Source: a virus | Lineage: Duplodnaviria; Caudoviricetes | DNA length: 64,000 nt | Virus record (IMG/VR): IMGVR_UViG_3300028045_000012 | Span: 1,558-65,557 of that record | Direction: 5' to 3' (one strand) | In this document: in pieces, positions 21,229-30,533 of the stretch | Layout of the letters: each line of letters begins with the position of its first letter | Position numbering within the stretch: the first letter of the stretch is position 1 | Notes under the pieces: generated by a model | The model's input: only the letters and a program-made list of their open reading frames with translations | The model's database searches: none | Told to the model about the DNA's origin: nothing | Position numbers and translations under genes: made by a program

Positions 21229-21984
21229 TATATTTTTATTGATTCTAAGAAAGGTTTCAACCGACTCACCCCCAAGAGTCGTAGCCGTTGTTTTAAAATT
21301 AAGACCTGGTTCTATATCTACGATATACTTATTAAGTGAACGGATATCTAATATTGGTAAACTTTTTAACGTATTAGATATTTTAATTTTATCTGTTTCA
21401 CCTTCAATTTCCATTATAGATCTCTCTAATTTTAATGTTGTTTTAGTTGAAATTTCATTTTTATTACGTTCCATTAATTGTTTATCTAAAATATCTATTT
21501 CGGATTCATCTTTACCGTTTAATAGTCTAAATTTTATATTTCTTTTAGATTTTGGTAATAAGAAATCAAATAAATTATTTTCATCTGGTTTTATTGTTAA
21601 TTTTTTTTGTTCTAAAGTAGATAAATCAACTTCTCCTTCTACAATTTTTCTACTTATTGGGTCTATTACTGGTTGCATATATTTCTCACCAAATGCGGTA
21701 ATCCTTAAAAATATTATTATTGCCATTCTATCACCTTCTAACAAAAGATTATGATCAAAACCTAAATCTTTTACTTTTCTTTCTAATAATACATCTAATA
21801 GTTTACCACTATTTAATATATTAGGTGATGTTAAAATATTTTCATCATACGCAGTTAAAAATTCAACTTTAACTTTTGATTTTTTATTAGGGTATAATAA
21901 ACCTTGTGATGGTAATTCTAATATATCATAAGGTACTCTATATTCTTCTGGTACATAATTCGGGTCTATAAAACTTTTTTCCAT
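21211..21984 (-). CDS. T4 gp26-like baseplate hub assembly / tail assembly chaperone
   Basis: ELPSQGLLY, LTAYDENIL, GDRMAIIIFLRITAFG, LPKSKRNIKFRLL, ends FWPDI. Confidence 0.8.
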   Translation of the reverse strand: MEKSFIDPNYVPEEYRVPYDILELPSQGLLYPNKKSKVKVEFLTAYDENILTSPNILNSGKLLDVLLERKVKDLGFDHNLLLEGDRMAIIIFLRITAFGEKYMQPVIDPISRKIVEGEVDLSTLEQKKLTIKPDENNLFDFLLPKSKRNIKFRLLNGKDESEIDILDKQLMERNKNEISTKTTLKLERSIMEIEGETDKIKISNTLKSLPILDIRSLNKYIVDIEPGLNFKTTATTLGGESVETFLRINKNIFWPDI

Positions 21985-22022
21985 TTTTAAAACTTTTTTA
22001 TTTTTTTTTATTTTATTTATTA

Positions 22023-24095
22023 TTATGTAGAAATGGGGATTAAACTATGTGAAATAGTAATCATTGGGTTATCAATCACTTCTACAGGATCTATACTGTA
22101 TGCCATTTCATCATCTTTTACTTGAGTAGGATCCCCTTGTTCTTTTTTATTATCAAAGTTTTGTTGGTGTTTATTATCATTTTTTGTACAATGTATTTCC
22201 ACAAGTTCTTTGTATTTTTCCGTATCTCTTTTAAATTTATTTATTTTTTCATTAGTAAATGGGTTTTCCAAAGGAGTCTGATTAAAGGCCATATCCATTA
22301 TTTTGAGTAACCTTTTTGATTTATTTTCTATAAAAAATTCATTTAAAGTATCAATATCAGTTAATAAGGTTGTATATTTGTCATCACATAATATCTTCAT
22401 ATTAGGGTTTTCCTTTTTCAACTCTGTTATAATAGTATTAAATTCTTTTTTTTCTACAAGGGCACTAAACTTATCTATGTTACCTTTAATGTCATTAACC
22501 AGTGTATTACAAATACATTTTTCTGGTTTTTTGTCTTTACAATTTATTTTTTTACAAGCCAAGTCTAATCCAAAGACACCACCTTCCCATACACCTGATA
22601 AGAATTTCTGAATAATGGATAGATAATCCTCTATCCTTAAAAAAACCTTAATAGGGTTTATTAAGGGGAATTTTTTTTCGTTATATAACTCATCTTCTTT
22701 GTATTGAATTATATTTGCGAATATATAACTATATATAAGAGCCTCCCTTCCAAGTTTTGTACCCTCTCCAAGAAGTCTCAACCCACCTTCTAATGAGTTA
22801 AGTTCTACACCATTTCTTAATTTTTTCCAAAGTTCTCTATTTAAAAACAAAGAATGGTACTTACCACCATCCGGTATCTTGTCTAGCAACCCTTTAGGAT
22901 TTCCAATAGATGTTGACAATACTTTTTTTAACATTTTAAGGGGTATATTGATTAATACATAAGAAGTCTTAGGGAATAAACTTCTAGGTACTGTAGAAAT
23001 ATATTTAAGTATACCTATTTCATTTTCATTTGTTACTTTACCAACAACTTTACTATATTCTTTCGGAAGATTTTTTGTTTCTTCAAGGTCAAATTTTAAT
23101 TTTCCTGTTGTTTCATCTATTTTTACAACCCATTTTTCTATACTATCTACTAGTTTTATTTTTTTACCCTCTTTAACTAATAAAATACCACCATTATTAA
23201 TTAAGTTATCATATATTGTATCATAATTAACACCCTTACTTGTTTTAGTAAAATCTTTATTTAAGTTTGTGAATAAGGGTTTTATTTTTTTTGCGATTTC
23301 TTCTTTATTAGCCTTTATATAAAAAGGTTCACTTGTTTTTACAATAAAATTATTAATTAATTTAGGGGTAACCTTTAATCCTTCCTTATTAAGTGTTTTA
23401 TGTTTAAAATGGTGTTTAAAAATATTTTCAATTTCTTTTTTTTGTTTTTCAATAAATTCGGGTCTTAAACCAGAGGTATCATCAAGTTTATTGTAATGTT
23501 TAATTAAATCTTCTGTGTATGCATTTTTTTTAAAATTATCAGATATTAAATTAAATAAAGGTGGATTACCTTTATATAATGTTATATATAATTTATAACC
23601 ATCAGGACTAAGTTTCTTTATTTCATCAAAATCTATATCGTAACTATCAACTTTTCTTTTAACAAATTTTCTTGGTTGTTCAAGTATAATTTCCATTAAT
23701 GATTGAAACTCTTCAATTTGTTTTTTAGTAGCCTGTTTCCATAACCGATTTCCATCTGTTTTTAATGCATTCACAAAATCTTGACTTTTTAAAACTGTTA
23801 ACAAATCTTCTGGATTATCAATTTTATATTTGTCTATTCCTAGTTTTTTTGTTGCCTTTCTATTTTTAAAAAAATTACTTAATTTAGTAGTTTTAGTTTT
23901 ACCAAGTGCCTTAATAAACTTCTTAATAGGTTGTTCCATTAATAAGTTATTGGGTAAAAATTGTGATAAAAATTCCCATTCTAAAACTAAATTATTTTTT
24001 TCTTCGTTTTTATCTACTAAATTACCATAAAGTCTTTCATTATTAAATAATGATTTCATTCTATTAATTTCTTCGTTTATGTTTTTATATTTCAT
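22023..24095 (-). CDS. Large leader-bearing hypothetical protein (putative head-packaged)
   Basis: N-terminus INEEINRMKSLFNNERLYGNL shared with 26398..27432. Confidence 0.6.
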   Translation of the reverse strand: MKYKNINEEINRMKSLFNNERLYGNLVDKNEEKNNLVLEWEFLSQFLPNNLLMEQPIKKFIKALGKTKTTKLSNFFKNRKATKKLGIDKYKIDNPEDLLTVLKSQDFVNALKTDGNRLWKQATKKQIEEFQSLMEIILEQPRKFVKRKVDSYDIDFDEIKKLSPDGYKLYITLYKGNPPLFNLISDNFKKNAYTEDLIKHYNKLDDTSGLRPEFIEKQKKEIENIFKHHFKHKTLNKEGLKVTPKLINNFIVKTSEPFYIKANKEEIAKKIKPLFTNLNKDFTKTSKGVNYDTIYDNLINNGGILLVKEGKKIKLVDSIEKWVVKIDETTGKLKFDLEETKNLPKEYSKVVGKVTNENEIGILKYISTVPRSLFPKTSYVLINIPLKMLKKVLSTSIGNPKGLLDKIPDGGKYHSLFLNRELWKKLRNGVELNSLEGGLRLLGEGTKLGREALIYSYIFANIIQYKEDELYNEKKFPLINPIKVFLRIEDYLSIIQKFLSGVWEGGVFGLDLACKKINCKDKKPEKCICNTLVNDIKGNIDKFSALVEKKEFNTIITELKKENPNMKILCDDKYTTLLTDIDTLNEFFIENKSKRLLKIMDMAFNQTPLENPFTNEKINKFKRDTEKYKELVEIHCTKNDNKHQQNFDNKKEQGDPTQVKDDEMAYSIDPVEVIDNPMITISHSLIPIST

Positions 24096-24126
24096 TATAA
24101 TTATATTATTAATTTTATTATTGAGG

Positions 24127-24777
24127 TCATAACCCTATTAATTTCGTTATATCATTTAAACCTACATTTCCTTTAGTTTTCGTATTAAATGTTGTTTTAT
24201 CTAAAAAGAAATCCAAAAAATTACTATATTTAACACATGTATTAGAGTCATTATCAAAAGTAAAACATGCCTTACTACTTGAGTTTTTAATCACATCTTT
24301 ATCTTTATTTATTAAACTATTATTCTCTTTATAACCTTTATATTTCATAGAATTTAATGTAAGGGTATTACCATCACATTGATATTTACCAACATAAAGC
24401 AATTTATCGTCCTTATTAGTTGGGGATGTTAAGTATGTATACACATATTGGTTGTCAGAATAAAAAGTGAAATGGTATTTAGGTACACCATCTTGTAGTT
24501 TGTTACTTTTAATTAATAAATAACATACTGTTTCGTTTTTATAAAAATCAATGGTGATATTTTTTGTATTCGCACCACTACTAATTAAAATATTATTCAC
24601 ACATTTTATAGTTTCATTAGTTAAACAGTTACTACTAACGTTTTGTGGTGAATAAACAGTATACTTTCTATCTCTTAAGTCCTCTGCACACTTATCTGAA
24701 TCAGGTCCACATTGTTCATTAATATTCATTAATGATTTTATTTTTTTTATTTCTTCAAGGAATAATTTTTTTTTCAT
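24127..24777 (-). CDS. Leader-bearing Cys-containing hypothetical protein
   Basis: MKKKLFLEEIKKIKSLMNINEQ leader followed by a Cys-rich domain. Confidence 0.6.
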   Translation of the reverse strand: MKKKLFLEEIKKIKSLMNINEQCGPDSDKCAEDLRDRKYTVYSPQNVSSNCLTNETIKCVNNILISSGANTKNITIDFYKNETVCYLLIKSNKLQDGVPKYHFTFYSDNQYVYTYLTSPTNKDDKLLYVGKYQCDGNTLTLNSMKYKGYKENNSLINKDKDVIKNSSSKACFTFDNDSNTCVKYSNFLDFFLDKTTFNTKTKGNVGLNDITKLIGL

Positions 24778-24801
24778 TGTTTTTAATATCTTATAATTTT
24801 T

Positions 24802-26256
24802 TTAATACATCATTGTATCACCGTACCTATTGTAGTTAAATGTATCTTTTTTATTATTATTATAAACTTTTTTCGCATAGGGACTTTCTGCGTTTTTTAG
24901 ACATTCTTCTTTCTCTTCTTTTAGTGATTCTATATAAAATTCAGGTTCTACCTTTTGTATTGATTTAATAAATATTTCCCAATATTGTTCTAAAGTTTTT
25001 TGACCTAGTGTACCATTTTTTAATGTTTTACACATATCTAATTTAGTTATATCACTAATTACATTCCCTTCATCATCAAGTAATTTTTTAAAAATCAAAC
25101 CCTTTTTATAACATTCTTTAATCGCATTTATTGATGGGCAATCTAGGATTGGGTTACCATCTACACCTATACAATCCTCATTTCCAAAAATGACCATGTA
25201 ATTTTCAAGTATCTGTTCACCATGTTTTTCTATAATTTCTAATAGAACTTCATCTTCAATTTCATCCTTATCGAATAAACTCATTATGGAAGATACTATT
25301 TTTGTTGCAACTTGTATTGTTATACCTAAACCAAGAAAAGCCGCACCCTGCCACTTTATTGTATTAATTGATTTAGGAATTTCATATTTACTTATGTATT
25401 TAAAATCTTTCACAAATCGTCCCGCAGAATTAAAATGTTTTTTTATAACATTAAGAAAATTATAATTATTATCTTCTAAAAGTTTAATAAATCTAGGTGT
25501 CTGTATTACTTGATAAAAATATTTTTTATCTATACCTCTACTCATTATAATTTTATTTAATACCTCATCATAGTTTTTAACTTTTTTACTTGTTTCTCTT
25601 ATGGTATCAAAATATTTTTTTAATTCTTTAGCGTCTTTAGGTTTTAAATTTTTTGAGTGTTTAGCTATTATCTTTTTCCATACTTCTTGTGGTAATTGAT
25701 TTATATTTTTCCCTACAGTTTTATGTACTTCTTTAATAATATTATCACCTGCTTTTAAAACATTTTTATTTAACTTTTTAAGTGCATTTATTTCAGTAAA
25801 TCCTGGTATAACACCTAATCCAGAAAATAAGGATGAAAGACCATATTTCCCAGCCTCACCCCATTTACCTTGTGTAAGGGCACCAATCCCTTTAACCCCA
25901 TAAGATACAAAATTAACAAAATCTAATATACTTGATGCCGCAGTACCAAAAACCGGTACAAAACTTACAGCTATAGATATGTTTTCTATCATACAATTCC
26001 AAAAATCTTTTTCTTCCCACACATCTTTATCCCAACAATTAAAACCACTAGCTAATTCTGTTAAAAAAGATAAATTAATGTCAGGCCCCCATACCATTTC
26101 ATTATAATTTTTAATATCAATAGTGCTATAGGGGTCACCACCCATAGCCTTAATATTTCTATCTCTAATACCATATACAATATCTGCAATATGATCAGGT
26201 TTCCCTTGTTCTAAAAACAATCTATTATATTGTGATTCAGTTATTATTATTCTCAT
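24802..26256 (-). CDS. Leader-bearing protein with hydrophobic pre-toxin-like helical hairpin
   Basis: MRIIITESQYNRLFLEQ leader; IAVSFVPVFGTAASSILDFVNFVSY..GLGVIPG; second hydrophobic stretch GAAFLGLGITIQVA. Confidence 0.55.
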   Translation of the reverse strand: MRIIITESQYNRLFLEQGKPDHIADIVYGIRDRNIKAMGGDPYSTIDIKNYNEMVWGPDINLSFLTELASGFNCWDKDVWEEKDFWNCMIENISIAVSFVPVFGTAASSILDFVNFVSYGVKGIGALTQGKWGEAGKYGLSSLFSGLGVIPGFTEINALKKLNKNVLKAGDNIIKEVHKTVGKNINQLPQEVWKKIIAKHSKNLKPKDAKELKKYFDTIRETSKKVKNYDEVLNKIIMSRGIDKKYFYQVIQTPRFIKLLEDNNYNFLNVIKKHFNSAGRFVKDFKYISKYEIPKSINTIKWQGAAFLGLGITIQVATKIVSSIMSLFDKDEIEDEVLLEIIEKHGEQILENYMVIFGNEDCIGVDGNPILDCPSINAIKECYKKGLIFKKLLDDEGNVISDITKLDMCKTLKNGTLGQKTLEQYWEIFIKSIQKVEPEFYIESLKEEKEECLKNAESPYAKKVYNNNKKDTFNYNRYGDTMMY

Positions 26257-26398
26257 TTTTCATCTTTTTTGTTTCTTCCATATACATATTAACTTCATCT
26301 TTTAAAATATCAATACTTTCTTTATCGTTAATATCATAAATGTCAATAATTTTTATTATTTCATATATTCTATCTGTTATTTCGTCTATTCTATCCAT
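26237..26398 (-). CDS. Small acidic protein, 53 aa (not in ORF track)
   Basis: MDRIDEITDRIYEIIKIIDIYDINDKESIDILKDEVNMYMEETKKMKNENNNN; TAATG coupling to the upstream stop. Confidence 0.55.
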   Translation of the reverse strand: MDRIDEITDRIYEIIKIIDIYDINDKESIDILKDEVNMYMEETKKMKNENNNN

Positions 26399-27432
26399 TA
26401 CACACAACCTTTATAAACAAAATCTTTATCTTGATTAGTATTGGGATAATAATCATTAAGTATTCTACATCTAGTTCTACATTTTTTTGAACAATATTCT
26501 TTCATCATGTTTTCAAAATCACCTTTATATTTTTTATTTAAATTTTTAAGTAAAGAGTTACTAGTATTTGATATTGACATAATTATAGCATACTCTCTTA
26601 TTGTCATTTCTTTATTACCTATAATTTTTTTTATTTTTGGTATATGATATAATAATACTGCTTTATTTTGTACTTCTTTATTTTCATTAGAAGATAAAAA
26701 CTTTTTCATATTTTTTTTCCATTCTTCATCTTCTAATTCTTTACCATTATAAACTTTTATAGTGTTTATCATTTCTTCTTCCGATTTACCAAAATATTTT
26801 TCAGTATCCATTGCTTTATATAAATGCGATAAACCACCTTTAGCAAAATCTAATATACCTACACGAGTTATATTATGTAATTTATTTGTTAAAGTTTCAT
26901 ATTTTTTTGATTTACCCATATTTGATATTATTTTATTTGTTATATCTATAATAATATCATCTGTTAATGGCACTACATTTTTATGTTTAATATTTTTTTT
27001 ATCTTTTTTTTCTTTAACTAATTCTAGTGATGTTTCAATACCAACAATACCATCAACTTTTATGTTTCTATCACTTTGAAATTCTTTTACAATATTTTCC
27101 ATTTTATTGTCAAAACTCTCACTTAAATCAATATCATAACCATATTCTTTAAGATAGTTTTTTATTTCTTTAACACCATAACCTTCATCCCCCTTTTTAA
27201 AAACTTCAGAATTATTATTATTATCTATAATTTTTTTTATTGTTTTAGTGTTAGGTGTTAGATATGAAGTGTTATGTGGTTCTGTAGTAACAACATTATT
27301 ATTTGATACTGTATCACCACCATCATCCCAGGTATATGTTTGTTCACTTAAGTTACCATATAACCTTTCTTCGGTAAATAACGATTTCATCCTGTTTAGT
27401 TCTTCATTTAAATTTTTTGGTATTTTTTTCAT
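26398..27432 (-). CDS. Leader-bearing peptidoglycan-binding protein, possible virion lysin
   Basis: PG_binding_1-like FKKGDEGYGVKEIK...VKEFQSDRNIKVDGIVGIET; start moved to MKKIPKNLNEELNRMKSLF. Confidence 0.7.
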   Translation of the reverse strand: MKKIPKNLNEELNRMKSLFTEERLYGNLSEQTYTWDDGGDTVSNNNVVTTEPHNTSYLTPNTKTIKKIIDNNNNSEVFKKGDEGYGVKEIKNYLKEYGYDIDLSESFDNKMENIVKEFQSDRNIKVDGIVGIETSLELVKEKKDKKNIKHKNVVPLTDDIIIDITNKIISNMGKSKKYETLTNKLHNITRVGILDFAKGGLSHLYKAMDTEKYFGKSEEEMINTIKVYNGKELEDEEWKKNMKKFLSSNENKEVQNKAVLLYHIPKIKKIIGNKEMTIREYAIIMSISNTSNSLLKNLNKKYKGDFENMMKEYCSKKCRTRCRILNDYYPNTNQDKDFVYKGCV

Positions 27433-27526
27433 TTTACAAATACTAAATATTATTATTAGTGGTATTAAAAATATCATATTGTATTATACAATTTTATTAC
27501 CTATATATAAATATTACCTATTACAT

Positions 27527-27566
27527 AAAAAATCCCTTCTACATATTAATACATAGAAAGGATTTA
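27527..27566 (-). terminator. Probable terminator after the tail tube gene
   Basis: Imperfect stem AAATCC(C)TTCTA...TAGAA(A)GGATTT followed by a T tract on the minus strand. Confidence 0.45.
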
Positions 27567-27590
27567 TTTATTTATATTTTTATTCTTATC

Positions 27591-28079
27591 TTAAAATACG
27601 TTTATCGCCCTATCAAACCTAAGTGTCGCAGTAATATCCGCCAAATCTGAAGAACTATAATCTAAACCACCAAAATCAACGTCATTAAGTTGTGTACTTT
27701 GTAATATCCATTTTTGAACAACAACACCTGTTGGGTCTAACATTTCTAACTCAACGTCTTTTTTATACCCTGCGGCATACCCTTGTCTCCCAGTAACACT
27801 TTCTGAATGTAATCTAACCCATTCCATTAAGGCCTGAGTCGCAGAAGGTCCAATTGGATCTCTAAATGTCACAGAAATAGGGTCCCACCTAAATCTACCT
27901 ATTACATAAGTTTCAGTATTTAAAAATGGTATTGTAACTTCATCACTTGAATATTTTGGTCTACTTGTTGTCGATACCCACCATTCTTGTATACCTAACT
28001 CATCTGGGAATCTTAAGATAAACCTATTCTTTCTTAACGGTTCATAAGGAACAGGCATTCGCATTAATAAATCTGCCAT
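27591..28079 (-). CDS. Tail tube protein (gp19-like)
   Basis: YEPLRKNRF, WDPISVTFRD, GYAAGYKKD, LDPTGVVVQKW, DFGGLDYSS. Confidence 0.9.
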   Translation of the reverse strand: MADLLMRMPVPYEPLRKNRFILRFPDELGIQEWWVSTTSRPKYSSDEVTIPFLNTETYVIGRFRWDPISVTFRDPIGPSATQALMEWVRLHSESVTGRQGYAAGYKKDVELEMLDPTGVVVQKWILQSTQLNDVDFGGLDYSSSDLADITATLRFDRAINVF

Positions 28080-28269
28080 TTTTTAATTTTTTTTATATTT
28101 ATTATTGTATTTGATAAGTTTTTTCATTACCTTTATTAATAAATATCATAAAATTTAAAAAATATGGATTATAAAAATTTTTTTTTAACTAATAATGGTT
28201 CAGGAAATAAAACAAAAGAAAAATATATAAAAAAAATGATTGTGGTAATTTAGTTTATTACATTAATTT

Positions 28270-28773
28270 TTAATAAGGTGGTACATCCACTAAGAATTGT
28301 TTAACATCAGATGATATTTTTTCTACATCATCAAAATTAATCTTAACACTCATACTAGTGCCGAAATCATCAGGAATAACTTCATAACCTTTTTTATTCC
28401 ACCATTCTTTAACTTCTTCAAAATAAACTTTCCTTTCTTCTTTGTCATCGTAACTTGAAAAATCATATGATATTTCCTCAACATCATTTGGGTTATATGC
28501 CCTTATAAACATCATATAAGTAGATATATGGGAGAGATTATCATCCTGGTACATAGTTTGTGCCAGTCCCCAATTTAATGATTGGTTAGGTATATCACTA
28601 TCAATATCTTTAAAATCTTGTATATAAGGTTTATTTATATTTTTTAACCTATTATATAGTTTTTTCCATCTAGGATTGTTTTTTCCTTTTTCTTCATCTT
28701 TAGATTCACCTAATATTCTCATATTACTTTCTAAAATTAAATTTCTTTTTGTTTCCCAAGGTCTTCTTATCAT
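28270..28773 (-). CDS. Leader-bearing hypothetical protein
   Basis: MIRRPWETKRNLILESNMRILGESK leader shared with the next gene. Confidence 0.7.
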   Translation of the reverse strand: MIRRPWETKRNLILESNMRILGESKDEEKGKNNPRWKKLYNRLKNINKPYIQDFKDIDSDIPNQSLNWGLAQTMYQDDNLSHISTYMMFIRAYNPNDVEEISYDFSSYDDKEERKVYFEEVKEWWNKKGYEVIPDDFGTSMSVKINFDDVEKISSDVKQFLVDVPPY

Positions 28774-29256
28774 TTTTTTTATTTTTCACTTTCTTTACAT
28801 TTACTCACATCAATTTCAGGATCAACTTTAAAATATTTAGTGACACCCTCTTCTTCATTTACTAATTCAATTTCTTGAATATTTTGAAAACTATCATCTA
28901 TTTCATCAACAATTCTTTTAATCCAATCTTCTATTTTTGGATAAAAAGTATTATCGTCTTTTATTTCTTTGTTTAAATCGTGCATAACTTTTCTTTCGTA
29001 TGCCTTTGCCGCCGCAGGGTCATCATCATCCCAAGTATCCTGGTATGGACAGAAAAATTTTGCGTATTCTGATTCTTCATCTGCATAAAAAACTAAATTA
29101 TCAGATTCTTTCCACCACTCTTCTATAGTTTTACAAAAATTAACGGCAAGGTCGAAATCACTTTGTTCTTTAGATTCACCTAATATTCTCTTATTACTTT
29201 CTAAAATTAAATTTCTTTTTGTTTCCCAAGGCCTTCTTATCATTTTTTTTATTTTT
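28697..29256. repeat. 90-bp direct repeat (28697-28786 / 29167-29256) covering the translation start and leader of two genes
   Basis: Two mismatches by eye; downstream coding sequences unrelated. Confidence 0.9.
28779..29243 (-). CDS. Leader-bearing acidic hypothetical protein
   Basis: MIRRPWETKRNLILESNKRILGESK leader. Confidence 0.7.
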   Translation of the reverse strand: MIRRPWETKRNLILESNKRILGESKEQSDFDLAVNFCKTIEEWWKESDNLVFYADEESEYAKFFCPYQDTWDDDDPAAAKAYERKVMHDLNKEIKDDNTFYPKIEDWIKRIVDEIDDSFQNIQEIELVNEEEGVTKYFKVDPEIDVSKCKESEK

Positions 29257-29260
29257 ATTT

Positions 29261-29692
29261 TTAGTCGTTATCTCGTTCTGATTGCGATTCAGTTTCTTTT
29301 GCAACAGTATTTAATTTCTCCATAATTCTATTATTTACATCTAAAACATACTCATAGGCTTTTATACCTTCTTCAAGGTTTGTATCTAATACTTCCCAAT
29401 CAACACTTTGCATTTTAGATGTATAAATTTCTTTTAAAATTCGTTGAAATTCCTTTTTAGTTTCTATTAATTCTTCATTTATTTCGTTAATTGCACCACT
29501 TAGTTGGTATGCGTATTTAGTTACATTATATCCTTCCCCAGAGATTAAACCTTTAATACCTTGAATTTTAGAACCAATTTTGTTTCTAAAGAATTTTTTA
29601 ATACCTTCATCTAAGTTTTCTGAGGTATTTATAATTCTTTTTAAATCAGATTCATTTAATACAATTACTTTACCATTTTTTTTAATTTTCAT
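29261..29692 (-). CDS. Leader-bearing helical protein
   Basis: MKIKKNGKVIVLNESDLKRII leader; TATTTAT motif at 29707-29713. Confidence 0.7.
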   Translation of the reverse strand: MKIKKNGKVIVLNESDLKRIINTSENLDEGIKKFFRNKIGSKIQGIKGLISGEGYNVTKYAYQLSGAINEINEELIETKKEFQRILKEIYTSKMQSVDWEVLDTNLEEGIKAYEYVLDVNNRIMEKLNTVAKETESQSERDND

Positions 29693-29791
29693 TTTTCTAT
29701 TTTATTATAAATATATTATATTTTATTTTTTCCATAATTTTATCTTTTTTATCCTTTAATAAAAAAATAGGATAAATCCTAGTGTTGATAT

Positions 29792-29969
29792 AGTACCTTT
29801 AATGGGTACCTATACTGTTTTATATATTATATATAATTATTAATATAATAGTATAAGTACCCAAATTGGGTACATAGTAGTACTTAAGTACCTTTAATGG
29901 GTACCTATACTGTTTTATATATTATATATAATTATTAATATAATAGTATAAGTACCCAATTTGGGTACA
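29792..29969. repeat. Two 83-bp direct repeats (29792-29874, 29887-29969) bounded by GTAC-N9-GTAC palindromes
   Basis: One mismatch between copies; GTACCTTTAATGGGTAC and GTACCCAA(A/T)TTGGGTAC flank an almost pure A/T core. Confidence 0.95.
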
Positions 29970-29975
29970 CAGAGG

Positions 29976-30533
29976 TTATCTATTATCTCTTATAACACCA
30001 TAAGAATCTTGATAATATATCAGATTACCCTTGTCATCATATTCCCATTCCCACCAATCACCATCAGAATCTACAGAATATATCACATTACCCTTATCAT
30101 CATAATCCTTATTCCTCCAAAAACCATCAGAATTTCCTTGATATAACATATTACCATTATCATCATATTCCCATTTCATCCAAAAACCAGAAGAATCTTC
30201 TTGATATATCACATTACCATTATTATCACGTTCCCATTTTTTCCATGTATCATCAATAAATTCATGGTATACATAATTTCTATTTTTATCGTAGATTCCT
30301 GTTCCACTATAATAGTTACCTAAACTAAGAGTAATACCTTCACCAAATATATTTTTTAATATATATAATTGATCATCCTCATCAGTTATATCCCAAAATC
30401 CTCCATTATTTTTTTCATACATATTACTAAAATATGGTATTTCAATAATGGAAGATATCTTATCCAAGAATCTATAATATTTATCAGATTTATTTATTTC
30501 TTCCCTAAGTATTCGTTTAATTAATTTTTTCAT
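29976..30533 (-). CDS. Leader-bearing 21-aa (YD-like) repeat protein, paralogue 1
   Basis: MKKLIKRILREE leader; about 5 units of YDDxGNxIYxEDSxGxWxxxE; ends IRDNR. Confidence 0.85.
   Translation of the reverse strand: MKKLIKRILREEINKSDKYYRFLDKISSIIEIPYFSNMYEKNNGGFWDITDEDDQLYILKNIFGEGITLSLGNYYSGTGIYDKNRNYVYHEFIDDTWKKWERDNNGNVIYQEDSSGFWMKWEYDDNGNMLYQGNSDGFWRNKDYDDKGNVIYSVDSDGDWWEWEYDDKGNLIYYQDSYGVIRDNR

Noticed and set aside
27433-27477. Signal peptide MIFLIPLIIIFSIC on the PG-binding protein
   Set aside because: The downstream Met begins a leader matching 22023..24095, so the hydrophobic extension is probably an in-frame read of AT-rich intergenic DNA; not fully excluded.
29792-29969. Mini CRISPR array
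   Set aside because: The sequence between palindromes is identical in both copies, so there are no unique spacers, and no cas genes are present.
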